Shown here piece after piece: positions 20,331 through 29,727 of a stretch of 64,000 nucleotides of DNA. Numbering within the stretch: the stretch's first letter is position 1; each line of letters begins with the position of its first letter. Location of the stretch: IMG/VR virus record IMGVR_UViG_3300042386_001233, positions 124,001 through 188,000 of that record; one strand, 5' to 3'. The position numbers were made by a program, and so were the translations under genes. Under the pieces are notes generated by a model, which was given only the letters and a program-made list of their open reading frames with translations, searched no databases and was not told the DNA's origin.

Positions 20331-21071
20331 ATGAATTTGCTTTCCGCCCTGACGACATATAATGTTAATTCGAATAAAATGAGAATAGGTAATGAGCACG
20401 ATGGTGGATATATTATCAATGATCTCATAGTTAAAAATACCAAAAGATTAATTTCTGTAGGAATAGGCGGAGAAGACAATTTTGAATTACAGTGGGCAGA
20501 AAAATTCCCAACAACATTCATAGAAGCATACGACGGAACGTATCCGTGTAACAATTTATGTAATAAATTTCCTGATAGAATTAACAAAAACATTTTTTAC
20601 GTTCATAATGACGTTGGTTTTGGAGAAAAACAAATTCCTCTCAATACAATCGTAGATAGTAAAGAAGGAGTTTTATTAAAAGTTGATATAGAAGGTGGTG
20701 AATATACTGCATTTGATAATTTATATCCAGACAGGAATCTAACAGGACTCATCTTAGAAGTCCACGATTTACATATACCTGAGAATTGTCAAAAAATAGC
20801 AAAAATAATCACTGAAAATTTCAAAAACTTGCTTCTTTTCCATGTTCACGGAAATTCGTGGGGAGGTATGTTTGATTTGAACTTGACACCCAATGTCAAT
20901 GATGGTATACTAATCAAGAGGTTTCCTCATGTGCTAGAACTGACATTCATATCAAAGCATATTGTAGATAATTACTCTCTTGAAAAGCGTAAATTCCCTG
21001 TGGATGGTTTGGATAATACTAACAGACATGATTTTCCTGACATAGATCTTTATTGGATAAATGCTATATGA
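20331..21071 (+). CDS. FkbM-like methyltransferase
   Basis: RIGNEHDGGY, SVGIG, LLKVDIEGGEY, LEVH, HVHGN, LELTF. Confidence 0.75.
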   Translation: MNLLSALTTYNVNSNKMRIGNEHDGGYIINDLIVKNTKRLISVGIGGEDNFELQWAEKFPTTFIEAYDGTYPCNNLCNKFPDRINKNIFYVHNDVGFGEKQIPLNTIVDSKEGVLLKVDIEGGEYTAFDNLYPDRNLTGLILEVHDLHIPENCQKIAKIITENFKNLLLFHVHGNSWGGMFDLNLTPNVNDGILIKRFPHVLELTFISKHIVDNYSLEKRKFPVDGLDNTNRHDFPDIDLYWINAI

Positions 21072-21928
21072 TATACATCTCGCTATGTGCTATGCCAGAT
21101 AGATTAGAGACTAAAGATAGTTCGTCCCAATGTTTATCTTCTTTATTAGAACAAGAAACAACCCATGAATATAAAGTTCTTTTAAATATTCCTTTAAAGT
21201 TAAGGAACTACGAAAATACAACTATACCACAATGGGTATTGGATTTAGAAGCAACATATAGCGGTAAGCTTATGATTCTTAGAGATGATACGGACTATGG
21301 ACCAATATCTAATCTATTGTCTCCCATTAAGCTAATAAGTATGGATCCAAATGACATTATTATTATTTGTGATGATGATCATATGTATGATCCAAAAATG
21401 ATCGAATACCATCTTAAAAAATTGCAACAATATCCCGACCATCATGCTATTTGCTTTAGGGGTAATCAACCACTAGAACTAAGAACGTGGTATATAGATA
21501 ATGTTAAATATGGTAAACTCTATAATTCCTGTGTTTTATTTCCAACAAGAAATGATATTTATTTAAAATTGCCTGATCATTGGCATAGCGTATCATATCG
21601 TAGAAAGTTTATTCAACAAGACATTTTTGATCAAGATTTTTTAAATATATCTTGGAATAACGACATTTTAATGGGATGTTATGCATGGTCTCATGACTTT
21701 TATTTCTTATGCGCTAACTATGATCAAGAGAGTGATTTTAGACCCGTTAACTATGATGGTCGAGGAGCTAATTCTTTTCCTTTAATGAAGATGCTTCCAT
21801 TTTCTGGAGACAGTGGGTGCAATAGATGGAGAGATAAAAATAAGAAACCGGGTGAAGATATATGGGATTTAGAAAAATTTCGACAACTATTTGATAAGGA
21901 TAAAGGAATAATACAATTATGGAAATAA
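21053..21928 (+). CDS. GT-A glycosyltransferase
   Basis: ISL..PDRL, LNIP, DYGPIS.L, IIICDDD, NDI. Confidence 0.7.
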   Translation: MDKCYMIYISLCAMPDRLETKDSSSQCLSSLLEQETTHEYKVLLNIPLKLRNYENTTIPQWVLDLEATYSGKLMILRDDTDYGPISNLLSPIKLISMDPNDIIIICDDDHMYDPKMIEYHLKKLQQYPDHHAICFRGNQPLELRTWYIDNVKYGKLYNSCVLFPTRNDIYLKLPDHWHSVSYRRKFIQQDIFDQDFLNISWNNDILMGCYAWSHDFYFLCANYDQESDFRPVNYDGRGANSFPLMKMLPFSGDSGCNRWRDKNKKPGEDIWDLEKFRQLFDKDKGIIQLWK

Positions 21929-22689
21929 TCATATCTCTAACAACTGTACCTAATAGGTTATATGAGCATCACGGTCATTCAGCCACTAGGGCTGCTCTCA
22001 CCACTCTATTAGAACAGTCATATCCTTCATATTCTGTTCACTTAAATATTCCTTTAGAATATAGAGGAGAGCAAGTTTCTATACCAGATTGGCTTAATGA
22101 CTACACAAATAAGTACAAACATCTAAAAGTTTTTTTAACACAAGACTATGGATCAATAACCAAGCTAATACCAACTCTAGAGAGAGTTGAAGATCCAGAA
22201 AGCATTATCATATTAGCAGATGATGATCTTTACTATATGGACGGATTAATTTCTGCACATATCAATGGAAGACAAAAATATCCAGACTACGCATTAGGTT
22301 TTGCTGGTATGGCAGCAATAGATGGCTCATGTCACTTTTGTACAACAATACCAAAGGATACCAGAGTTAAGGTTTTAGAAGGATACAAAACAGTATCATA
22401 CCTAAGAAAATTTTTTGACATTAATGAACTCAAAAAAGATTTTGTTGGTAAGTCTTGGAGAGATGACGAAACATTATCGGCTTATATGGGGTATAAAAAC
22501 ATTAAAAAATTAGTATTATCATATGAAGGGGATACTGACTTTTCTCCAAGAGTAGAGTCTTTTCCAGTAACTGGTCATGTTCCAGCAGAAAGAGGTGGAT
22601 GTAATTTATTCAGGGACTGTTCTGATTCCCAAAACAAGTCAGAACAAAATATACAGGAATTTTTTAAACTTGGTTACTTAGAAAGATAA
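21919..22689 (+). CDS. GT-A glycosyltransferase (paralog of upstream gene)
   Basis: ISLTTVPNRL, LNIP, DYGSITKL, IILADDD, DDE. Confidence 0.75.
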   Translation: MEIIISLTTVPNRLYEHHGHSATRAALTTLLEQSYPSYSVHLNIPLEYRGEQVSIPDWLNDYTNKYKHLKVFLTQDYGSITKLIPTLERVEDPESIIILADDDLYYMDGLISAHINGRQKYPDYALGFAGMAAIDGSCHFCTTIPKDTRVKVLEGYKTVSYLRKFFDINELKKDFVGKSWRDDETLSAYMGYKNIKKLVLSYEGDTDFSPRVESFPVTGHVPAERGGCNLFRDCSDSQNKSEQNIQEFFKLGYLER

Positions 22690-22691
22690 TT

Positions 22692-23072
22692 ATGAAATAC
22701 TTTTATTGTGTCATTTTGGTCATTCTTTTGTCTAGCAGCACTAAAGCTCAACAATGGTCTAATCCTGAAAATGCTAATCTTACAAGCACTATGACAAATA
22801 TGATGGTTAATTTTGGTATAGCAGGAATGCAGTCATCCCAACCTTATGCAGCAAATAATACTAATCAATATCTAGATTATCAAAATGGATATTATCAAGA
22901 ACTACAAAATAATTTAACTAGAACTGAAATATATTTTCAAAAAAGACAAACTAATATGTACTACAGAGAACTTGAGTTTATTCAAAAACGAGAACTCAAA
23001 AATCTTAAAAAATATGATCAGTTGACCATACCAGAGCTTAATAGAATTTTTGGGAAAGATAGCAGATATTAA
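22692..23072 (+). CDS. hypothetical protein with signal peptide
   Basis: MKYFYCVILVILLSSSTKA-QQ N-terminus. Confidence 0.55.
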   Translation: MKYFYCVILVILLSSSTKAQQWSNPENANLTSTMTNMMVNFGIAGMQSSQPYAANNTNQYLDYQNGYYQELQNNLTRTEIYFQKRQTNMYYRELEFIQKRELKNLKKYDQLTIPELNRIFGKDSRY

Positions 23073-24004
23073 AATATTGGATTTACAATCCCATAACCTT
23101 GATATTTTTTTATTCCTTTATATCTAGGATTTTCTAAAGAAATAGCATGTAGTTTAAATACTTCTATATAGTCTTCAAATGTTTTAAGCTGATATTTTTT
23201 ATGCTTATTATTATAGCTTAATAGTAATGAAGCACAACCGACGACAAATGGATTGCTCATGCTTGTTCCGCTCATACTAGCATATCTATTTCCTGGAACA
23301 CATCCAATAATATTGTGACCAGGAGCCAAAAAGTCTAAATCATCTCCACTACAGGTAAATGAAGTTCTATTCATATTTTCGTCTATTGCTCCTATAGATA
23401 TAGTATTTTTATATCTAGCTGGATACATTATTTCGGCATTTTCTCCGCTATTTCCAGCAGCGCAAAAAACAACACATCCCTTACTATTAGCATAAGTGAT
23501 AGCATCCTCTATAACCTTCGCCGGTGCTGGTGAACCAAGACTCATAGTTATAAAATCTACATCTCCGTGGTTTGCAGCCCAGTAAATTCCGTCTGCAACT
23601 GTGTTCATTGATCCTGAACCATCGTCTCCAAGTGATTTAACCGGAATAATTTTAGTCATAGGAGCAACTCCAACCATGCCAAAACCATTATCTGACGCAG
23701 CTATAGTAGAAGAAACATGCGTTCCGTGACCAGCACCATCTATTGGTTCTTTATTTTGATTAATAAAATTTTTCCCAGGTAATAAATTATCTACTAAGTC
23801 TTTATGGGTTAGGTCACATCCTGTGTCTATAACAGCTACGACTACTCCTTCTCCTTTAGACTCTTTCCATAGATTAGGCACATTAAATTTTGTAAGTTCC
23901 CATCCCTTAAATTGTGGATCATTCACAGATAGTCCATACACATCCTCTCTAACATATGGTAACAGTGAAATATTATTTTTCTTTTTTAAAAAACCTCTAG
24001 CCAT
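23069..24004 (-). CDS. subtilisin-family (S8) serine protease, intracellular ISP-like
   Basis: VAVIDTG, HGTHV, AAGNSG, SGTSMS triad; no signal peptide; N-terminal LLPY. Confidence 0.93.
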   Translation of the reverse strand: MARGFLKKKNNISLLPYVREDVYGLSVNDPQFKGWELTKFNVPNLWKESKGEGVVVAVIDTGCDLTHKDLVDNLLPGKNFINQNKEPIDGAGHGTHVSSTIAASDNGFGMVGVAPMTKIIPVKSLGDDGSGSMNTVADGIYWAANHGDVDFITMSLGSPAPAKVIEDAITYANSKGCVVFCAAGNSGENAEIMYPARYKNTISIGAIDENMNRTSFTCSGDDLDFLAPGHNIIGCVPGNRYASMSGTSMSNPFVVGCASLLLSYNNKHKKYQLKTFEDYIEVFKLHAISLENPRYKGIKKYQGYGIVNPIF

Positions 24005-24006
24005 GA

Positions 24007-24756
24007 TTACTCCTTAGCTTGTTTTAGTGTTTTTTTTATCCAATCGTGGAATAAACTTACCCTAGTATGACAACTTTCGTCTGTATATGTTGAGTTTGGC
24101 TTCCCGTCATAGCCTATAACAGACGAGTGGATTCCGGCAAGTTTGTTGCCTATGAACAAACCCCCGCCACTATCCCCACTACCTATAAGATATTCTAGTT
24201 CTGTCATTTTCTCGTTTCTTCTCGATGGCGAGCAGATTAAAATCTTTCTTTCTGTTCTATCTATAAAATTAGATCCAGCTCTTTTTTTTCCATCTGCTCT
24301 TTCAATACCAGTATTAAATGTTCCAGTAAATCCCAAACCGGCCATAGAGCATACTTTACCTACCTCATCTGAATCAATATATAATTCAGGATAATGGTCT
24401 AATTTAATTTCTTTTTCTATATAACCTAAAGCAATATCATTATAACCAAATACTTCTGTTTTATAATCTTCGTGAATAATAACTTTATCAATCTTGTATT
24501 GTTCTTCACCCACTGTAACTGACCAACTATGGCAATTTTCTACCACATGAGCAGCTGTAATTATCCAATGTGGATCTATTATAACAGCAGATCCACAAGA
24601 CAGTCCTTTGCCGTCAAAACAACATAGTTTAACAACACTATGAAATTTAGACCCATATTCTACATACCTTGAGTCTGGAGTATTAGGATCTATGGTTCCA
24701 GAATAAGCTGCAGAACCTATCAAAAATACTACTAAAGCTAGTAAAAATTGACGCAT
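24007..24756 (-). CDS. trypsin-like (S1) serine protease with signal peptide
   Basis: ITAAHV, NDIAL, GDSGGG; hydrophobic N-terminus. Confidence 0.93.
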   Translation of the reverse strand: MRQFLLALVVFLIGSAAYSGTIDPNTPDSRYVEYGSKFHSVVKLCCFDGKGLSCGSAVIIDPHWIITAAHVVENCHSWSVTVGEEQYKIDKVIIHEDYKTEVFGYNDIALGYIEKEIKLDHYPELYIDSDEVGKVCSMAGLGFTGTFNTGIERADGKKRAGSNFIDRTERKILICSPSRRNEKMTELEYLIGSGDSGGGLFIGNKLAGIHSSVIGYDGKPNSTYTDESCHTRVSLFHDWIKKTLKQAKE

Positions 24757-25069
24757 GGTTTTGCACTTTGGGAGAATAGGGACGATTCTTAACCTTATTT
24801 AAATACACCGAGCAATCATTAATCACGTCAACATTCCAACTACTATAATCCATTAAATGGCCAAAAACAAAATGACAATCAGAACACAAAGTAATAAGAT
24901 TAGTTAAATCCAACTCTCTGCTTGGATTGACATGAAAAGGCTCTATATGATGTACCTGAATTTTTTTGCATGAACCGCAAGCCATGCAGCAGGGTTGTGA
25001 TAGTAGGTGTTTTTTTCTTATTAATGACCATTTAGGAGATCTGTCGGATAAAATATTCCACATTTTCAC
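24683..25069 (-). CDS. HNH endonuclease
   Basis: CMACG...QVHHIEP...NLITLCSDCH..GH. Confidence 0.85.
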   Translation of the reverse strand: MKMWNILSDRSPKWSLIRKKHLLSQPCCMACGSCKKIQVHHIEPFHVNPSRELDLTNLITLCSDCHFVFGHLMDYSSWNVDVINDCSVYLNKVKNRPYSPKVQNHASIFTSFSSIFDRFCSLFWNHRS

Positions 25070-25073
25070 TATA

Positions 25074-25646
25074 TTATCCGCTTATTTCCATATAAATACA
25101 GTAATTCCCAACATTATCAAACCATGTTCCACTATCCCATATTCCACAATATACATATCCAGAGGATGGGGCAACTATATTTCCTCCCAATCCTATATAA
25201 AATGATCCAGTAGTAGTAAACGGTATTGAAGAAGCATCTGTTGTTGATAAAACGCCAAATACTGCATTATAATTGTTTATAAAAACATTAGGAGTACTAT
25301 AAATGCCACGAGCATCACTAATACAAGCACCAACAGCACAAGAAACACACCCTCTAACAGAGAAACTTATAGTCTGACCCGCTGTCACAAACTGCTGACC
25401 AATTCTTTTAAGTGTTGCTCCATCGGAATAAACTAATGATGTTTCAATGGGTAGGCACGTAATACTTTCGGCACTTATACACATTCTGGTTGGCGTGGGT
25501 GTGATTGTTGGTGTGGGTGTAGGGGTATTAGTTTTTGTTATTGTGGGTGTTAGACTTACTGTTGGAGTTATTGTTGGTGCTGGTGTGCTGCTACTCAGGG
25601 GTTTTTGAGTAGCTACTGGACAGCAATTTATATTAATAATTGTCAT
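25074..25646 (-). CDS. Cys-anchor + Thr/Pro stalk + putative lectin-like domain protein
   Basis: N-terminus [22 protein letters not shown] repeats, C-terminal F.IG...APSSG.VY.GIWD...DN.G.Y (PA-IL/LecA-like by eye). Confidence 0.6.
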   Translation of the reverse strand: MTIININCCPVATQKPLSSSTPAPTITPTVSLTPTITKTNTPTPTPTITPTPTRMCISAESITCLPIETSLVYSDGATLKRIGQQFVTAGQTISFSVRGCVSCAVGACISDARGIYSTPNVFINNYNAVFGVLSTTDASSIPFTTTGSFYIGLGGNIVAPSSGYVYCGIWDSGTWFDNVGNYCIYMEISG

Positions 25647-26233
25647 ATTTTATAACCACTTACTCTTGAGATCATAGGTCCAAAACATCCACCCGGAGAT
25701 ATTGATTCAAATTTTAGTAATGTACTATTAGAATTAGCAGTAAAAGTCTCAGAAATAGTATTCCAGCCAAAAGTTTCTGCTGAAACTTGAAACCCATAAC
25801 TTGGACACGTATAAGTATATGTTTTATTAAGTATTATATTAGTACCAGTTAGCGTTAATTTCATAACTTTATCAGCAACATTATTATCAAAACGCACCCC
25901 ACAATTTCCGCTTAGATCAAAATAAATTACATAATTTTGTCCAGGTATTGTTGTAATAGTTTGACTGATATATCCAATCCCACAAGCGTTTAAGTCTACA
26001 AAATATCTATCAAAACCATAATAATTATAATCTACAGAACTAAAAGTCCAATTACTAAGGGAATTTTCTAATGATCCGTTTATCACTATGTTAACAGGTT
26101 CTGCGCTTGGCGTAGGCGTTATTGTTTGTGTAGGAGTAGGGGTATTGGTTTTTGTTATCGTGGGAGTAGGAGTAACACTACTTAATGGTTTTTGAGTAGA
26201 CACTGGACAGCAATTAATACTTATGATGCTCAT
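25643..26233 (-). CDS. Cys-anchor + Thr/Pro stalk + DUF642/choice-of-anchor-C-like carbohydrate-binding domain
   Basis: N-terminus [22 protein letters not shown] repeats, NIVINGSLE...VDLNA...[13 protein letters not shown]...FDLSGN...FTA...L.F.S...FGP. Confidence 0.7.
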   Translation of the reverse strand: MSIISINCCPVSTQKPLSSVTPTPTITKTNTPTPTQTITPTPSAEPVNIVINGSLENSLSNWTFSSVDYNYYGFDRYFVDLNACGIGYISQTITTIPGQNYVIYFDLSGNCGVRFDNNVADKVMKLTLTGTNIILNKTYTYTCPSYGFQVSAETFGWNTISETFTANSNSTLLKFESISPGGCFGPMISRVSGYKI

Positions 26234-28302
26234 GGGATATAGTTAATTTCTCTTTGGGCTATAAAATAGTAGGTGGGTTCTGGTGTAGGTTGAGGCGTAG
26301 AACTTGGTGGTGGTGTAGAGCTTGGGGTTGCTGCCGGTGTGCTGCTAGATGTTGGTTCTGGAGTTTGAGTCGGAGTAATACTTGGAGTTGTTGTTATTGT
26401 CGGCGTTACGGTAGCAGTTGGTGTTGGGGTTGGAGTTACGCAGCATGATTCAAAGCAATACGTTCCAGGAAATGATACCCAAGAACTTGGAATATTAGAT
26501 GGCGAAACAGATGTAGAATCAAAATATGCATCTTGACAATTTGTAAAATGCATAGCCCTAATTCTAAAAGTTAGAGGCTGATCCGCACTTGTGCAAGTAC
26601 CGTCTCCACTTTTATTCTCAAAACTATTTAGATAATACTGATAAGATGAAGCGTTAGGATTAAATATGCAGATATTATCTACTATATCATCAACCGATCC
26701 GCTTTGACCATTTGCGTCCAGTGCTTGTATCTGATACCCCTCTATACAGCCTTGACTACCTGGTTCAGTATTTCTGTTCCATGTTAAATATATAATTACT
26801 TGGTTAGGGCTTTCAGTACCATCCTTTATACATGAACAGGCAGCACTTTGAATACTAGGAGTTAATAACTGACAATTATTTGTTGGCGTTGGGGTCGGAC
26901 TTTGGCTAGGCGGTGGAGTACAACAATTACAATTACTTGTATTTCCCTCAAATGCCCATACTGGAGGAACATTACATTGACAGGCAGTAGATATTCCAGT
27001 TATATTTAATCCTCCAACACAAGAAATATTAGCACTTGCTGTCCATTTATTAGCACATGAACTAGAACCAGTATATGCTACACTAGGATCACAAGTAACT
27101 GACATAAAGTATGTATCGCCACAAGCCAATGTGCCGCTACTAGTCCAATAATTTGGCATGACTTTAGTAAATAACAAATCTAGACTTATAGTTCTGGTTA
27201 TATTGTTACAATTTAATACAAATGTAGTCAAACCATTCCAGTCGCAGCAAGTAGCTCTACTTGGAGATGGCGTTAATGTCTGAGATGCTGTTAATGAAGG
27301 CGTTGGAGTTAGCGTTCTGGTGACTGTTTGGGTTGGTGTTCTTGTTGGAGTAGGAGTGCAACAACTGCAATTATCAAAATTGCCAACAAAACTCCAAATA
27401 GGAGGAGCGTTACATTGACAGGCTTCTTTTATTCCAGTAATTATTAGACCAGTAACACAGGATATGGTTAATGAAGAAGTCCATTTATTTATACATGAAC
27501 CTGATCCTGTGTATCTAGCATTTGGATCACATGTTATCGTAGAACTAAAAGTATCTCCACATGATAAACTTCCACTAGCTTGCCATGTATTTGCTGCTGT
27601 TTTTGTATAGGCTACTGGAATGACTAAATTGCCACAAGAAGCATCAAACTGTAAGAATGTATTACCGTCCCACTCACAACATGTAACAGTAGATGGGCTT
27701 GGAGTATTTGTCGGAGTAGCAGTAATTGTGATAGAAGGAGTAATAGAGGGTGTTACTGTAGCAGTAGCAGATCTTGTGATAGTAACTGTTGGGGTTTGGC
27801 TTACTGTAATACTTGGTGTTTGCGTTGGTGTTTGCGTAGGTGTTGGTGTCTGTGTATTGGTCTGAGTAATACTAGGAGTTAGTGTAGGGGTCGATGTAGC
27901 TGTTCGACTATTAGTGGGGGTTGCAGTTGGTGTTCTTGTATTAGTAGGGGTGTTTGTTCTAGTTGTTGTTATGCTTGGAGTTACGGTAGGGGTTACTGTT
28001 CTTGTTAGTGTTCTAGTTGGTGTTCTTGTTGGGGTAACTGTTCTAGTTACAGTAATGCTTGGAGTTATTGTAGGGGTAAGTGTTGGTGTCGGTGTTGGCG
28101 TTTTTTTAGGGGTTCTAGTTGGTGTTGGAGTTTTAGTAGGTGTCTTAGTAGGCGTTTTACTAAGGGAATTTCTATCTATAAAAGGACACCCATCATCCGA
28201 CCCTATCCTTGGAGGTTTTGGAGTTTCTGTTGGTGTTCTGGTTGGTGTTGGAGATGGCGGAAGTATTTTCCGCTCATTTTGTCCGTTCATTCTGTTTGTC
28301 AT
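26230..28302 (-). CDS. large mucin-like Thr/Pro/Ser-rich protein with two Cys-rich repeat domains
   Basis: 690 aa; long TPT tracts separate two ~110 aa homologous Cys-rich domains and a third beta-rich Cys domain. Confidence 0.8.
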   Translation of the reverse strand: MTNRMNGQNERKILPPSPTPTRTPTETPKPPRIGSDDGCPFIDRNSLSKTPTKTPTKTPTPTRTPKKTPTPTPTLTPTITPSITVTRTVTPTRTPTRTLTRTVTPTVTPSITTTRTNTPTNTRTPTATPTNSRTATSTPTLTPSITQTNTQTPTPTQTPTQTPSITVSQTPTVTITRSATATVTPSITPSITITATPTNTPSPSTVTCCEWDGNTFLQFDASCGNLVIPVAYTKTAANTWQASGSLSCGDTFSSTITCDPNARYTGSGSCINKWTSSLTISCVTGLIITGIKEACQCNAPPIWSFVGNFDNCSCCTPTPTRTPTQTVTRTLTPTPSLTASQTLTPSPSRATCCDWNGLTTFVLNCNNITRTISLDLLFTKVMPNYWTSSGTLACGDTYFMSVTCDPSVAYTGSSSCANKWTASANISCVGGLNITGISTACQCNVPPVWAFEGNTSNCNCCTPPPSQSPTPTPTNNCQLLTPSIQSAACSCIKDGTESPNQVIIYLTWNRNTEPGSQGCIEGYQIQALDANGQSGSVDDIVDNICIFNPNASSYQYYLNSFENKSGDGTCTSADQPLTFRIRAMHFTNCQDAYFDSTSVSPSNIPSSWVSFPGTYCFESCCVTPTPTPTATVTPTITTTPSITPTQTPEPTSSSTPAATPSSTPPPSSTPQPTPEPTYYFIAQREINYIP
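26920..27684 (-). repeat. internal duplication: two Cys-rich domains (27358-27684 and 26920-27252)
   Basis: TCC.W.G.T...W..SG.L.CGDT...TCDP...YTGS.SC.NKWT.S..ISCV.GL.ITGI..ACQCN.PP.W.F.GN..NC.CC occurs in both. Confidence 0.9.
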
Positions 28303-28305
28303 TTA

Positions 28306-29307
28306 TTACAATACTTTCGCAGCTATTAAACATCCTTTTGACACTGAATGTAACGGATCGGCGGCATGCTTAACTTCTTTAATAGACAAAGGAAAATTAT
28401 TTTCTGATAGTTTTTTCTTAAAATGTTCAATATAACCACCAGCTTGTGATGTTCCACCAGCAATGACTATTGTTAGTGGGTCTTTAAACTTTGGTAAAGC
28501 TTTATGATCTGTTAGTGCTGCTGTTAATTGTTTAGTAGTATAATCTATTAAACGATCATAATATGACGATACAGCTGCTAATATAGGATTATCATTATGC
28601 TGACCAACATTAAAATTTCCACCCTCTTTCTCAGCCTGTACGACACTATCCGGTTCCCCTGTGGCTACGGCGCTCATTCTATCTACCCAATCCCCAGATT
28701 TAGTTGTGGAAAATACAACAGTGGGTTCACCATTTAGCATTACACAAACATTAGTCATACCAGCACCACAGCTAATAGCTATACCAGTATAATCATTATC
28801 CGCTAACTCAGCATAGCATAAAGCTTCAGCTTCATTAATTGATCTAGCGTTATATCCACAGCTATCTAAAATAGTTTTGACTACATCTTCATGATATCCA
28901 ACATCAAAATCTTCATCTTCTTGGTCTACTGGTTGAGCAGGAACACAAAAAACGATCTTTTCAAGGGGCTCCGAAGATTGCCCGACTACTTCCTTTAATA
29001 TAAAAGCTAAGACTCTTTTCGCATCTTTCTCTTTTGCAGAAACAACTCCTTTGTACATTGGTCTTTTAGCGGTGTCGTTTCTCTCAATAGCTTTTTCAAT
29101 AGCATCTTGTCCGAGGATAATAAAAGAACCGTCTGTATCTTTAATAAAGACTTTTCCAGCCAATCCCTTTTCTATCATCTTTGTTGCTACTGGAGTAGAT
29201 GGCTTGATGATATAAAAGGCATCTCTAAAGTCTTTGTATTGTACTTTATCTCCTTTGTCCTCAGATAAAACAATATAGCTTGTTCCTACGTCAAGACCCC
29301 TAGCCAT
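28306..29307 (-). CDS. actin-like ATPase (volactin/MreB-FtsA superfamily)
   Basis: Phosphate-1 GLDVGTS, connect INEAEA, phosphate-2 ISCGAGMTNV, GDWVD, adenosine IVIAGGTS, terminal P..SVSKG. Confidence 0.88.
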   Translation of the reverse strand: MARGLDVGTSYIVLSEDKGDKVQYKDFRDAFYIIKPSTPVATKMIEKGLAGKVFIKDTDGSFIILGQDAIEKAIERNDTAKRPMYKGVVSAKEKDAKRVLAFILKEVVGQSSEPLEKIVFCVPAQPVDQEDEDFDVGYHEDVVKTILDSCGYNARSINEAEALCYAELADNDYTGIAISCGAGMTNVCVMLNGEPTVVFSTTKSGDWVDRMSAVATGEPDSVVQAEKEGGNFNVGQHNDNPILAAVSSYYDRLIDYTTKQLTAALTDHKALPKFKDPLTIVIAGGTSQAGGYIEHFKKKLSENNFPLSIKEVKHAADPLHSVSKGCLIAAKVL

Positions 29308-29310
29308 AAT

Positions 29311-29622
29311 TCACCTCTTTAAATTTTGTAGTTTATTAACAGACTCGGAAATATTCTCGTTTGACAATCTTGTATTTCCTAATTCGTTATATTTTTTCTC
29401 CATCCCATCAACACTTATATCTGTAACAAATTTTCTGTCATCTATAATAATCTTATTTTGACTTTTTTCATTATTATTATATTGTTTGTTTCTTTTTGAT
29501 ATTGGTTTTTCAATCATTGTATAACTACTATTGTTTAATCTTCCTATAATATAACCAATTCCAAAAGAGACAAAATTAAAAAGTACCAATATTATACTTA
29601 ACAGAGATGCAGTATCTATCAT
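29311..29622 (-). CDS. small N-terminally membrane-anchored protein
   Basis: One hydrophobic helix (LLSIILVLFNFVSFGIGYIIG) then a charged tail; AAGGAGG SD; 3 nt from the actin start. Confidence 0.7.
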   Translation of the reverse strand: MIDTASLLSIILVLFNFVSFGIGYIIGRLNNSSYTMIEKPISKRNKQYNNNEKSQNKIIIDDRKFVTDISVDGMEKKYNELGNTRLSNENISESVNKLQNLKR

Positions 29623-29663
29623 GTGGATAGCCTCCTTACCAAATTTACACCATACTATAAAAG

Positions 29664-29689
29664 AAAAAAGGAGCGATTGCTCGCTCCTT
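29664..29689 (-). terminator. rho-independent terminator after ruvB
   Basis: AAGGAGCGA-gcaa-TCGCTCCTT hairpin followed by a U-run on the minus strand. Confidence 0.8.
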
Positions 29690-29727
29690 AATTTTAAAAA
29701 TGGGGTTGTAATCGGCCCGTAGTTTTC

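Noticed and set aside
4541-22689. Bacterial capsule/O-antigen locus
   Set aside because: No wzx/wzy/wzm/wzt or initiating phosphoglycosyl transferase; embedded among phage genes
25490-28260. GTTGGTGT-like short repeats as a CRISPR or DNA repeat array
   Set aside because: Degenerate and in frame with TP peptide repeats; no constant repeat-spacer periodicity. I saw no CRISPR array in the window.
25074-28302. Diversity-generating retroelement acting on lectin heads
   Set aside because: No reverse transcriptase and no near-identical TR/VR pair with adenine-specific differences visible
27620-28435. Plus-strand Val/Gly-rich ORFs (VGV repeats)
   Set aside because: Antisense shadows of the Thr/Pro codons of the mucin-like gene
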